Below, one piece after another: positions 29,126-37,294 of a DNA stretch of 64,000 bases. The notes under the pieces were generated by a model, which was not told where the DNA came from, searched no databases, and saw only the letters and a list, made by a program, of their open reading frames with translations. This DNA comes from Verrucomicrobia bacterium UBA1629 (GTDB taxonomy: Bacteria > Verrucomicrobiota > Kiritimatiellia > RFP12 > UBA1067), in the NCBI GenBank assembly GCA_002321305.1, contig DCMF01000098.1, positions 28,976 to 92,975 on the forward strand, written 5' to 3'. Every line of letters starts with the position of its first letter. The first letter of the stretch is position 1. The position numbers were made by a program, and so were the translations under genes.

Positions 29126-29805
29126 CAGGAATGGCGTGTGAGCCATGTCAGGAATTTTTTAACTTCTTCTTTCAGTTCTTCGGGTGTGCCGTCGTTGTGA
29201 ATCACGTAGTGGGATTTGGCGGCCTTCTCCGCAACCGGCATCTGCGCCGCCAGTCGGGCCTCGGCCTCTGCGCGCGTGTAGCCGCGCGTCGTCATCATCC
29301 GCGAGATCTGCGTTTCCCTCTCGGAGACGACGCAGCATATTATATCAAAATTTTTCTCCCAGTGTGCTTCGAAGAGGAGAGGGATGATGGCGAGGCGAAA
29401 GTTTGGGACGTTTGGGAGGTTTGGAAGGTTCGGGTGGTTGGGGAGGTTTTTTTGGGGGGGTAAAGGATGGGAAGATTTGAAAAACGTGTGACCAGAACCC
29501 CTTCCTGCACAGTTCCTATCTAGACTTTCCAAACCTTCCAAACCTCCCAAACCTCCCAAACTTTCCGAACCTTCCAGAAATTCCTCAATCCTTTCCTTCA
29601 CAACCGGATGAAGCTTCGCTTCGAGTGCGCGGCGCTTCGCGGGGTCGGAAAAGACTTCGGCGGCGAGGCGTTTGCGCTCCGCCGGATCGGGAATCAGCTC
29701 ATGCACGATGTCGTCGGCGTCAATCGTCTCGACGCCGAAGTCGTTCAAGAAACGGGCAACGAGCGATTTGCCGCACGCAATGCCACCTGTCAAGCCTATT
29801 CTCAT
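29125..29805 (-). CDS. coaE: Dephospho-CoA kinase CoaE. It carries a roughly 60-aa in-frame insertion derived from a family A inverted-repeat element.
   Basis: MRIGLTGGIACGKS Walker A, with C-terminal CoaE homology resuming at RLAIIPLLFE. The insert is LEGSESLGGLGGLEGLESLDRNCAGRGSGHTFFKSSHPLPPQKNLPNHPNLPNLPNVPNF. Confidence 0.85.
   Translation of the reverse strand: MRIGLTGGIACGKSLVARFLNDFGVETIDADDIVHELIPDPAERKRLAAEVFSDPAKRRALEAKLHPVVKERIEEFLEGSESLGGLGGLEGLESLDRNCAGRGSGHTFFKSSHPLPPQKNLPNHPNLPNLPNVPNFRLAIIPLLFEAHWEKNFDIICCVVSERETQISRMMTTRGYTRAEAEARLAAQMPVAEKAAKSHYVIHNDGTPEELKEEVKKFLTWLTRHS
29396..29585. mobile_element. Family A MITE-like element inside coaE. Terminal inverted arrays of GGTTTGGAAGG units flank a roughly 60-bp unique core.
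   Basis: Left arm gtttgggacgtttgggaggtttggaaggttcgggtggttggggagg. Right arm ccaaaccttccaaacctcccaaacctcccaaactttccgaaccttcc. The core does not encode CoaE-like sequence. Confidence 0.55.
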
Positions 29806-29834
29806 GGCTGGGATACTGTCAGTTCTGCTTTTTC

Positions 29835-30040
29835 AACACAGAGCCGCTTCGCGGGGCGATTGGAGAGATCGTGGGATTCGCTTCGCACCCCTTCGATCTC
29901 GTGATTCGCCCCGCCCATCAATTCTTTTGAATCAGGGGATTTCCTCCGTTTCGCTTCACCCGATACGCAAGAACATTCGCTGAATGCGCGGAGCGAACAT
30001 CCCGCGACACTCACATTGCCCCGCGAAGCGGCTCTGTGTT
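29835..30040. other. 206-bp element bounded by perfect 22-bp inverted repeats (AACACAGAGCCGCTTCGCGGGG / CCCCGCGAAGCGGCTCTGTGTT) in the coaE upstream region. It may be a MITE or a long closed-helix ncRNA.
   Basis: Arms at 29835-29856 and 30019-30040. The interior has partial further complementarity (gatcgtgggattcgc with gcgaacatcccgcgac). No ORF. Confidence 0.35.
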
Positions 30041-30047
30041 AAGCAAA

Positions 30048-30085
30048 ACGCCAAAGGCACAGAGACGTGCATCCCTGTGCCTTTT
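30048..30085. terminator. GC-rich hairpin (AAGGCACAG...CTGTGCCTT) followed by a T-run on plus and by UUUGGCGUUUUGCUU on minus. It may be a bidirectional terminator downstream of the secretin gene.
   Basis: aaaggcacagagacgtgcatccctgtgccttttcttcc. Confidence 0.3.
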
Positions 30086-30124
30086 CTTCCGCGCCGCTGT
30101 GCGTCCACACATCGGCGCGCATCC

Positions 30125-33100
30125 TCACTCCGCCTTGGGGGCGGGCTTGACTTCGGCCTCGTCCACCCGCCCGCTGCTCATCGAAAGCTCGCGGCCAGAC
30201 GGCGTGATCAGGCGGCCCGTCACGAAGATCAGCAGGTTCCGCTTCGTCGTCTTCTCCGCATGGCTGCGGAAGAGGCGGCCGATGAAGGGCAGGTCGCCCA
30301 GGAACGGCACCTTGTCGTCCATCGCCTTGCGCGCCTCGGTGATGAGGCCGCCCATGACGACCGTCGAACCCGGCGTGATCGACACCTTCGAGTCGATCGA
30401 GCGAACATGGAAGAACGGCTGTTCCATCGGCGCGTCATACCACGTCATCGTCGAGGAGGAGGCCGTCGAGACGTTCGCCGCCGCGTCCGTCGCCGACGAG
30501 ACAACCGTCTTGGCCAACGCAGCCGTTTCATTTGGCGTGAGACTCGCGCCAATCGTCGTCAGCGCCGTCGACATGCCCGTGAAGATGTTGCCGATGTCGG
30601 CCATCATGCCCGACGACGTGTTGCCGGAGAACGGGATGCGCATGCCGTAGTTGTGCCAGATCGGCTCGTCGACGACCGCCGGCTTCAGCTCGAGGTCGAT
30701 CGTGCCGCCGTTCGCCTCGGAGTAGGTCGGGATGACGTCGAGGATCACGCCAACCTCACGCATCGTGAAGTTCTGCGGCTCGACGACCGCGAGAATCGCC
30801 GACTGCCCGCCGCCCGATGAGCCGCTGGACGAACCCGACGAACTCGACTGGAGCTGCACGTCGTAGTCCTGCGGATAAATATACTCCGTGACGACCTTGA
30901 TGATGGCCTGTTCGCCCGACTTCGTGACGACCTTCGGGGCCGAGAGAAGATCCGTGTCGCTGCGCTGCGAGAGCATGTGCAGGATCATCGAGAGGTCAGC
31001 CTGGCCAAGGAAGGCGTTCACCCGCAGGAACTGGTCGTTGTTCGACGCCGACTCACCCGAAATGTGGTTGCCGACCGTCGAGAGGTAACGGTTGCCGTTG
31101 CCATAGTCCGACGTGCCGCCAAAGGCGTCCACGCCAACATGGCCTGAACGATCCCCTTTCGCATACTCTCTACTCCAAACATCAGACACAACACCTGACG
31201 ACGTTGTGCGTTTCACAACCTGTCTCGGTCTTAACGTCGTGCCAGCACCCGTTTTGACCTCTTCAAGGACGACTTCATCAAGTACCCCCCCATCCGAGGT
31301 CGTCGATCCATAGCCTGCCCTCTTGAAGCCCAGTGCCTTGCCAAGACCGTCTTTGAGCGCCAGGTTGCTGTTCAGGATCCACTCGAAGCCGAGCGAGTTG
31401 AGGTCTTCCTGCGAGACTTCGACGAAGCGCGTCTCGATCTCGATGAGCTGCGGCTGGCCGCCGAGTTCGTCAAGCACCTTCTCGAACTCCGCGAGGTTTT
31501 CGCGCGTGTTGCGGACATAGAGCTTGCCGAGGGCCTTGATGTGCTTGATCGACGAGCCTTCCGGCCACTTGACGCCCATCTCCTCGAAGAACGCCTTCCA
31601 GTCGCGGCCTTCGCCCTCGCCCTCTTCGTCCGCCGCCTTCTTCGCCTGGCGGTTGGACGCGCCGAAGCCGCCCATCTCCTTCATTTCCTCGGACGCGGAG
31701 TTTACGCGCTCGACGAACGCCTCCGGCACGTTGTACTTGCGCGAGAGAAGCTCGGCGGTCGACATGTCCTTCTGCATGACCATGACGATCGGCCCGCGGA
31801 CGATGAACTTGTAGTCGACCGAGTCGCAGACGAGCTTCAACGCATCGTAGAACGAGATGTCGCTCGCAGTGATCTTCGGAATCGGCGGAAGGCCGTTCGC
31901 CGACGCCTCGGAATCGTCCGACGCATTGGACGAGAAGTCGTCCGACGACTCTTCCTGCGCCGCCTGCTGCTTGATGGCCCCGACCGGGGTGCGCAGCACG
32001 AAGTTGAAGCCGCGCTTCTCGATCGGGATGTCAGGACGGTCATAGTCGCGCGACGCCGTGCGGAAGAACTCGACGGCCTCGATGATCGTCGCCGGCGGCT
32101 TGAACTCGATCGTCGGCAGACGCATCGCGCGCATGCGCTTCTCGATGTCCTGCTCCTGCGTCCGCTCCGGGTCTTCGCCCGCCTGCGCCTTGACGGTCTC
32201 GGACGACGCCTCCGTCAGCTGCGCGGCGTTGACGGCGTAGACGGGCCGCCACGCCTCATCGACGTCGGCAATCATGCCGTCGCGCGCCGCGACACGCTCC
32301 TGCTCCAGAATCGTCTGGCGCTTGCGCTGAATCGCCCTGCGCAGACGAATCGCCTCCTGATTGTACGGATCGGCCTTCAGGACGATTTCGCATTCGTCGA
32401 GCGCGCGCGCCATGTCGCGCAACGCGAAATACTGGCGCGAACGACGCAGATGACGGCGAATCTCCTCGCGGTCAGCCTTGTAGTCGTCGTCGTTGCGGCG
32501 CTGGGACGCCTCCGTGAAATCGGTCTTCGCCTCGTCGACGGTGCTCTGGGCCGTCCACTTCTCCAGCGCACGACGCGCCTTCGGGTGGCGCATCTCCAAC
32601 GCCTTCTCCATCAGCTCGACCGCCCGCGCGCGACGACCGATCTCGTCCTCCTGCAGGGCGGCGCGGTAAAGGCCCTCGGCGATGCCCTGGGCGCACTCCT
32701 TGCGCAGGGCCTTCGACGTGGGGCTGTCGTTCAGCAGCTTTGTCGCGAGGCCATAGTGGCGAACGGCGTCGGTGAACTCCTTCGACTCCATGCTCGCGCG
32801 CGCCGAGAGAATCTCGCGCTTCGCCTGCGCGTCGAGCGAGTCGCGGCGAAGGCGCTCGGTCGTCGCGATGTTCACGAGAAGCTCCTCGTCAGGGCGTTTC
32901 GCGGTGGCGGCCTTTTCGGCCTTCTTCGCCTTCGGATTAGTCGAGGCGACTTCTTCGGCCTCATCAGCCTTTGGCTCAACGGCCTTGTCCGCCGCAGACT
33001 TGGCCGACTCTTCTTCGGCCAGCTGGTCGAGCAGATTCAGCACGTCATCGACTTTCGCGGTTGCGGCCGCTTCGGCCTTCGGCTCATCGGCCTCGTCTGC

Positions 33101-33385
33101 CGCAACCGGTTCAGCCGCCGCTTTCGCCACCGGGGCTTCCGCCGTTGCCGAAGGCTCTTCCGCCGCCGAGGTTTCGGTCTTTGTCTCTTCGGCGGACACC
33201 ACAGGCTCGGCCTCGGCCTTTGCGGTGGGCGCCTCGACCGCCTCCGCCTTTGCGGCGGGCTTCGCGGCCTCGCCCTCAAGATCCTTGAGCAGGTCGTCAA
33301 GGTCGTCTTGCGCCGACACGCTCAACGAGGTAACCGACATCGCCAACGCCGCACTGCACGCGACAATCTTTTTGAAGTTCGTCAT
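30125..33385 (-). CDS. Secretin (PilQ/GspD family), 1086 aa. It has a signal peptide, an Ala/Glu/Lys-rich and TPR-like N-terminal region, and a C-terminal secretin domain.
   Basis: C-terminal VPFLGDLPFIGRLFRSHAEKTTKRNLLIFVTGRLITP is the secretin signature. The signal peptide is MTNFKKIVACSAALAMSVTSLSVSA. Confidence 0.85.
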   Translation of the reverse strand: MTNFKKIVACSAALAMSVTSLSVSAQDDLDDLLKDLEGEAAKPAAKAEAVEAPTAKAEAEPVVSAEETKTETSAAEEPSATAEAPVAKAAAEPVAADEADEPKAEAAATAKVDDVLNLLDQLAEEESAKSAADKAVEPKADEAEEVASTNPKAKKAEKAATAKRPDEELLVNIATTERLRRDSLDAQAKREILSARASMESKEFTDAVRHYGLATKLLNDSPTSKALRKECAQGIAEGLYRAALQEDEIGRRARAVELMEKALEMRHPKARRALEKWTAQSTVDEAKTDFTEASQRRNDDDYKADREEIRRHLRRSRQYFALRDMARALDECEIVLKADPYNQEAIRLRRAIQRKRQTILEQERVAARDGMIADVDEAWRPVYAVNAAQLTEASSETVKAQAGEDPERTQEQDIEKRMRAMRLPTIEFKPPATIIEAVEFFRTASRDYDRPDIPIEKRGFNFVLRTPVGAIKQQAAQEESSDDFSSNASDDSEASANGLPPIPKITASDISFYDALKLVCDSVDYKFIVRGPIVMVMQKDMSTAELLSRKYNVPEAFVERVNSASEEMKEMGGFGASNRQAKKAADEEGEGEGRDWKAFFEEMGVKWPEGSSIKHIKALGKLYVRNTRENLAEFEKVLDELGGQPQLIEIETRFVEVSQEDLNSLGFEWILNSNLALKDGLGKALGFKRAGYGSTTSDGGVLDEVVLEEVKTGAGTTLRPRQVVKRTTSSGVVSDVWSREYAKGDRSGHVGVDAFGGTSDYGNGNRYLSTVGNHISGESASNNDQFLRVNAFLGQADLSMILHMLSQRSDTDLLSAPKVVTKSGEQAIIKVVTEYIYPQDYDVQLQSSSSGSSSGSSGGGQSAILAVVEPQNFTMREVGVILDVIPTYSEANGGTIDLELKPAVVDEPIWHNYGMRIPFSGNTSSGMMADIGNIFTGMSTALTTIGASLTPNETAALAKTVVSSATDAAANVSTASSSTMTWYDAPMEQPFFHVRSIDSKVSITPGSTVVMGGLITEARKAMDDKVPFLGDLPFIGRLFRSHAEKTTKRNLLIFVTGRLITPSGRELSMSSGRVDEAEVKPAPKAE

Positions 33386-33433
33386 TTAAACCACCTATTC
33401 GTTAGTATGGGGAGTAGTATACAATATCTTTTC

Positions 33434-34549
33434 TCACTGTTCAAGGGCTTCAAGTGTCCGGCGCTTGCCCGTGCGGACGTTCTGGAAGGTCACCTTCGCG
33501 CCCTTTCCGGCGGGCACGACCTCGACGACCTTGAACTTTTCGCCGTTCAGATCCAGCTCCGTACCGGGCACGGCCTCGAACGTCGTGACGCTGCCGCGCG
33601 TGTAGTTGAGCGTCGCCATCACGTCCACCGGCTGCGGCTTCGCCCGCTTGTCCTGCACGATCACGAGCGTGACGGTCTTGCCGTCCGCCTTGCGCGCGAC
33701 CGTGACTTCCGAGACGTCATCCGTCACGAACAGGCCCTTCATGCCCTTGCGCGGACGCTTCACCTCTTTTTTCTCGTAGGTCTTGAGGACGAAGCCCGAC
33801 GGGGTCTTCGTGCCCTTGCCGATCTCCTCGCCGAGGACGGCCGAGAGCGTCCGCCCGGCGCGGCCGTAGTCGTCGCGCTGGTTGGGGTCGAAGAACTCGC
33901 ACCGCCAGCCCGACGGGATCTTCGTCGCCTTCGTGAAGACGAACGGCAGGTAGGTCTCCTTGAGCGGCAGGGCGATCTGGATCGAGTCGAGGTAGTCCGG
34001 ATGGTCGCGGCGGTCGGTCGGATCCGTCTTCGCGAGATACTCCTCGAGGTTCGTGAAGCCGTCGCCGTCCTTGTCGGCGTTCGCGTCCGACGGATCGTTC
34101 GGGTTCAGCCCATAGCGCTTCTCCCACTCGTCCGGCATGCCGTCGCCGTCGGAGTCGAGGACGACCTTCTTCTCCACCTCCTGCTTCTCGCCGCAGAAGG
34201 GGCAGTTCGGGAACGCCTTGACGTCGCCGGGAATCACCTTCTGGCACTTCTTGCACTTGACGCGCCGCTCGCTTGCGAGGAACGACGCGCTCGTCCCCGT
34301 CAGCTCGTTCACGACCGTCGGGCTCTTGACGAGCCGGACGGCGCCGGCGTACGCCGTCATGTCCACGGCCGCGACGCCTGTCTCGGACGGCTTCATGCGG
34401 CTGACGGCCTGCGCGGCATTCGCGGCGGCCGTCTCCGGGTCGTCGCCGGCGGAGAGCGCGAAAAAGGCGATTCCGCCCACGAGCGCCAGCACACCGACGC
34501 CGGCGGCGATTCGGTCGTAATAGGCCGCAAAGAAATTCTGGTCTCTCAT
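33434..34549 (-). CDS. Membrane-anchored protein in the PilP/GspC position. It has an N-terminal TM helix, a zinc ribbon (CKKCQ...CPFCGEK), TSP3-like acidic repeats (DSDGDGMPDEWEKRYGLNPNDP, DKDGDGFTNLEEY), and a C-terminal beta domain. Start at MRDQNFF.
   Basis: The true start was found by ATGA overlap with the upstream gene and a GGAGG RBS. The upstream 315 codons of track ORF 33434..35494 are Arg/Gly-rich and out of frame with the real PilO-like gene. Confidence 0.6.
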   Translation of the reverse strand: MRDQNFFAAYYDRIAAGVGVLALVGGIAFFALSAGDDPETAAANAAQAVSRMKPSETGVAAVDMTAYAGAVRLVKSPTVVNELTGTSASFLASERRVKCKKCQKVIPGDVKAFPNCPFCGEKQEVEKKVVLDSDGDGMPDEWEKRYGLNPNDPSDANADKDGDGFTNLEEYLAKTDPTDRRDHPDYLDSIQIALPLKETYLPFVFTKATKIPSGWRCEFFDPNQRDDYGRAGRTLSAVLGEEIGKGTKTPSGFVLKTYEKKEVKRPRKGMKGLFVTDDVSEVTVARKADGKTVTLVIVQDKRAKPQPVDVMATLNYTRGSVTTFEAVPGTELDLNGEKFKVVEVVPAGKGAKVTFQNVRTGKRRTLEALEQ

Positions 34550-35571
34550 TTTCCAACCTCCTCCGTCTTGGCTTCGTCCTCCATTGTCCTGAAATCGTAG
34601 ACGGTCAGGGACAGCGTGACCGTGAACGGCGCATCCAGCGCCGGGTCCGTGACGATGCCGTTCTTCGCCTCGGCCGCGTCCTTCTTCTCCTCGACGACCG
34701 CGCCGCGCCGTCCGCGACGGCCGCGCCCCGACGCCGCGTTCCGCGCCGCCTCGCGCTTGTCGCCGACGCCGAGCGCCTCGGCGACCGGATCGGCCGTGCG
34801 CGCAAAGGTGAAGCCGTCGATGACCATGAACCGCTCGTTCGTGCCGAGCGCGTTCACCGCCTTGACGAACGCCGGCGCGCGCGTCGCGAAGGTGAAGACA
34901 TACGAGAAGGCCGACGGCTGGGAAGCCGCCGCGCCTTCCGCCGCCGGACGCTTCTTCGCCGACGGCTTCTTGCCGCCCTTCTTCGCCTTCTTCTCCTGCG
35001 CGTCGTCCTGTGACGCCGTCGCCTTGAAGTCGACGTTCACGAGTTCGGAGACGCCGCAGGATGCCAGCGTCTCGACGACGAGCATGACGTCGTTCCACCG
35101 GCGCTGCAGCTCCGGCAGCTCGGCGTCCGTCGGCATCTTGCCCTCGGCGATGTAGCTGCGGAACGGGCCGAACGCGAAGTCGGGCTTCACGAGGACGCCG
35201 TTCACCGCGCCCGGCAGCGCCGAAAGGCGCTTCGCGTCCGCGACGAGGTCGGTCTTGAACTGCGCGGGCGTCATCTTGCGGATCGGGTGGTCGCCGCGCG
35301 CGGCCAGCTTCTCGGCCTCCGCGCACCACGCCGTCAGGCGCGCCGCGTTCTCCTCGATCGCCTTGACGCTCGCCGGACAGGGATAGACGCTCTTGCGCGA
35401 GAGCGCCTGGGCTTTCGCCTGGACGGTCTCCAGACCGTCGTTCCCCTCGTCGTCGCCCTCGATGGCCGCGACTTTCGCGGCGTAGGCGCTCCAAGTGAAA
35501 TAGGCCATGGCCAGGACGGCCAAGCCGATCACGCCGCCCGAGACGGCCAGAATCATTCGGTTCTTGTTCAT
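34546..35571 (-). CDS. PilO/GspM-like bitopic membrane protein. It has an N-terminal TM helix, a coiled coil and a Lys-rich linker.
   Basis: MNKNRMILAVSGGVIGLAVLAMAYFTW TM segment. Its position between the PilMN and PilP-like genes and the ATGA overlaps at both ends support the call. Confidence 0.5.
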   Translation of the reverse strand: MNKNRMILAVSGGVIGLAVLAMAYFTWSAYAAKVAAIEGDDEGNDGLETVQAKAQALSRKSVYPCPASVKAIEENAARLTAWCAEAEKLAARGDHPIRKMTPAQFKTDLVADAKRLSALPGAVNGVLVKPDFAFGPFRSYIAEGKMPTDAELPELQRRWNDVMLVVETLASCGVSELVNVDFKATASQDDAQEKKAKKGGKKPSAKKRPAAEGAAASQPSAFSYVFTFATRAPAFVKAVNALGTNERFMVIDGFTFARTADPVAEALGVGDKREAARNAASGRGRRGRRGAVVEEKKDAAEAKNGIVTDPALDAPFTVTLSLTVYDFRTMEDEAKTEEVGK

Positions 35572-37169
35572 TTGAACTTCATCTCCACCGTGAATTGTTC
35601 GACCTGCGCGTCCTTGCCCAGCGCGCTCATGTCCGAAATCTTGACCGTGTCGGCGTCAATGCAGGGCCGCCCCTTGAGCTTGTCGACGACAAGCTCGCCC
35701 GGCGTCTTGCCGCCCTGGCCCTTCACGCGGTCGCTCCAGTAGCGCACCGTCAGGCGCCCGTCGTCCCAGCGCTCGATCCACATGCCGGGCAGCAGGGAGT
35801 CGCGCACCGCGTTGACGCGCTGCGCGGCGGCCGCGCGCGCGACGAGCAGCTTGCGCAGCGACTCGGCCTCGGCCTCGGCGGCCGCGAACTTCTCCGTCGC
35901 CGCCTGGACCTTGCGGTCGGACGCCGTCAGCGTCGCGACCTGCGCCTGCACGGCGTCGCGCTGCGCGGCGACGACCTCCTCCTGACGGCCGATCCCCAGC
36001 ATCACGCAGACGAGCGCCGCGACGAGCGTCACGCCGGCCGCGATGACGAACGGGATCTTGGCCTTCTCGGCCCGCGCCGCGACAAGCGACGGCGGCAGCA
36101 GGTTGATCGCGAAGCGCGCCGCGCCCGCCTCGTGCAGGGCGAGGCCCGCCGTGACGGCGATGAGCGCGCCGTCCGCCTCCAGCGCGGCCGCATCGACCTT
36201 CGGGCCGACGGCCAGCGCCTCGAACGGATTGAAGAACACGACCTCGATCTGGAGCGACTCCTGGAAGAAGACGTCGATCTGCGGCAGGAGGGCCGTGCCG
36301 CCCGTCAGGTAGAGGCGCGTCGGCGCCGTGCCGCCCTGCTGGCTGCGGTAGAAGTTGATCGAGCGCGAGATCTCGGCGTTGAGGCGCGTCATCACCGCGC
36401 GGCAGGCCTTCGAGATCCGGTCGGCGACCTCGTCGTCGTCCTCCGTCACGCCGCCCATCGAGACGTAGCCCTTCTCGCGCTTGAGCTGTTCGGCCTCCTC
36501 GGTCGTGCAGCCGAGCGCGGCGGCGATCTCCTTCGTCACGGCGTTGCCCGCGACGGGGATCGAGCGGTTGTAGATCTTGTCGCCCTCGACGATCACGAGC
36601 GACGTCGTCTTCGAGCCGATGTCGAGGAGGACGCTGCACGAGCCGTCGTCGCCGATCGCGTGGCGCAGGGCGTTCGTGAGCGCGAGCGGCGCGGCGTCGA
36701 CGAGCTCCGGCGTGAAGCCGGCGGCCGCGACGGCCGTCGTCAGCGCCTCGACCTGGTCGACCTTCGCGGCGACGATCATCACCGACTTGTCGCCCGTCTC
36801 CGTGTCGCCCAGCACCTGGCGGTCGCAGACGATCTCGTCGATCGGGAACGGGATGTTCTGCTCGATCTCGTAGCGCACCATCTGCTCGAACTTTTCCGCG
36901 CCGCCCGCCATCGGAATCGCGGCGAAGCGCGGGAAGACCATCTGGCCGGAGATGGCGAGCGCGATCTTGCCGGGGCGGATGCCCTTCGTGCGCACGACCT
37001 CCTGGATCGCGGGCGTGAGGATCGCGCCGGCGTCGCCGCCGTCCAGCGGCGCGGCAAGCGGCGCCGTGCCGTAGTTCACGAGCGTCAGCGCGCCTTTCGC
37101 GCCGGCCTCGTACTCGGCGAGCTCGATGTTGGCCGCGCCGATGTTGAGGGTTAGATATCGTTTAGCCAT
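35568..37169 (-). CDS. PilM-PilN fusion protein. An actin-like PilM ATPase-fold domain is followed by the PilN INLLP motif, a TM helix, a coiled coil and a periplasmic domain.
   Basis: The N-terminus LTLNIGAANIELAEY is PilM/FtsA-like. The internal sequence FAINLLPPSLVAARAEKAKIPFVIAAGVTLVAALVCVMLGIG carries the PilN signature and a TM helix. Confidence 0.8.
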   Translation of the reverse strand: MAKRYLTLNIGAANIELAEYEAGAKGALTLVNYGTAPLAAPLDGGDAGAILTPAIQEVVRTKGIRPGKIALAISGQMVFPRFAAIPMAGGAEKFEQMVRYEIEQNIPFPIDEIVCDRQVLGDTETGDKSVMIVAAKVDQVEALTTAVAAAGFTPELVDAAPLALTNALRHAIGDDGSCSVLLDIGSKTTSLVIVEGDKIYNRSIPVAGNAVTKEIAAALGCTTEEAEQLKREKGYVSMGGVTEDDDEVADRISKACRAVMTRLNAEISRSINFYRSQQGGTAPTRLYLTGGTALLPQIDVFFQESLQIEVVFFNPFEALAVGPKVDAAALEADGALIAVTAGLALHEAGAARFAINLLPPSLVAARAEKAKIPFVIAAGVTLVAALVCVMLGIGRQEEVVAAQRDAVQAQVATLTASDRKVQAATEKFAAAEAEAESLRKLLVARAAAAQRVNAVRDSLLPGMWIERWDDGRLTVRYWSDRVKGQGGKTPGELVVDKLKGRPCIDADTVKISDMSALGKDAQVEQFTVEMKFK

Positions 37170-37185
37170 AGGATTGAAGCCCTTG

Positions 37186-37270
37186 TTCCCGTCTGTCCTC
37201 CGCCTTCTGTCGCCTGTCCTTCGAGACGAGAGCGTTCAGGACAGCGGACAATGGACAAAAGACGAACGGG
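37186..37270. repeat. Family E imperfect palindromic element immediately upstream of the pilMN start. A related copy is at 41696-41780.
   Basis: cccgtctgtcctccgccttctgtcgcctgtccttcgagacgagagcgttcaggacagcggacaatggacaaaagacgaacggg. Confidence 0.6.
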
Positions 37271-37294
37271 GGTGTTCTCTCATTCGATCATTTC

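Noticed and set aside
33434-35494. 686-aa track ORF spanning the PilP-like and PilO-like region.
   Set aside because: Its first 315 codons are Arg/Gly-rich junk and share coordinates with the credible TM-containing PilO-like ORF in another frame. The real gene starts at MRDQNFF (34549), with a GGAGG RBS and an ATGA overlap.
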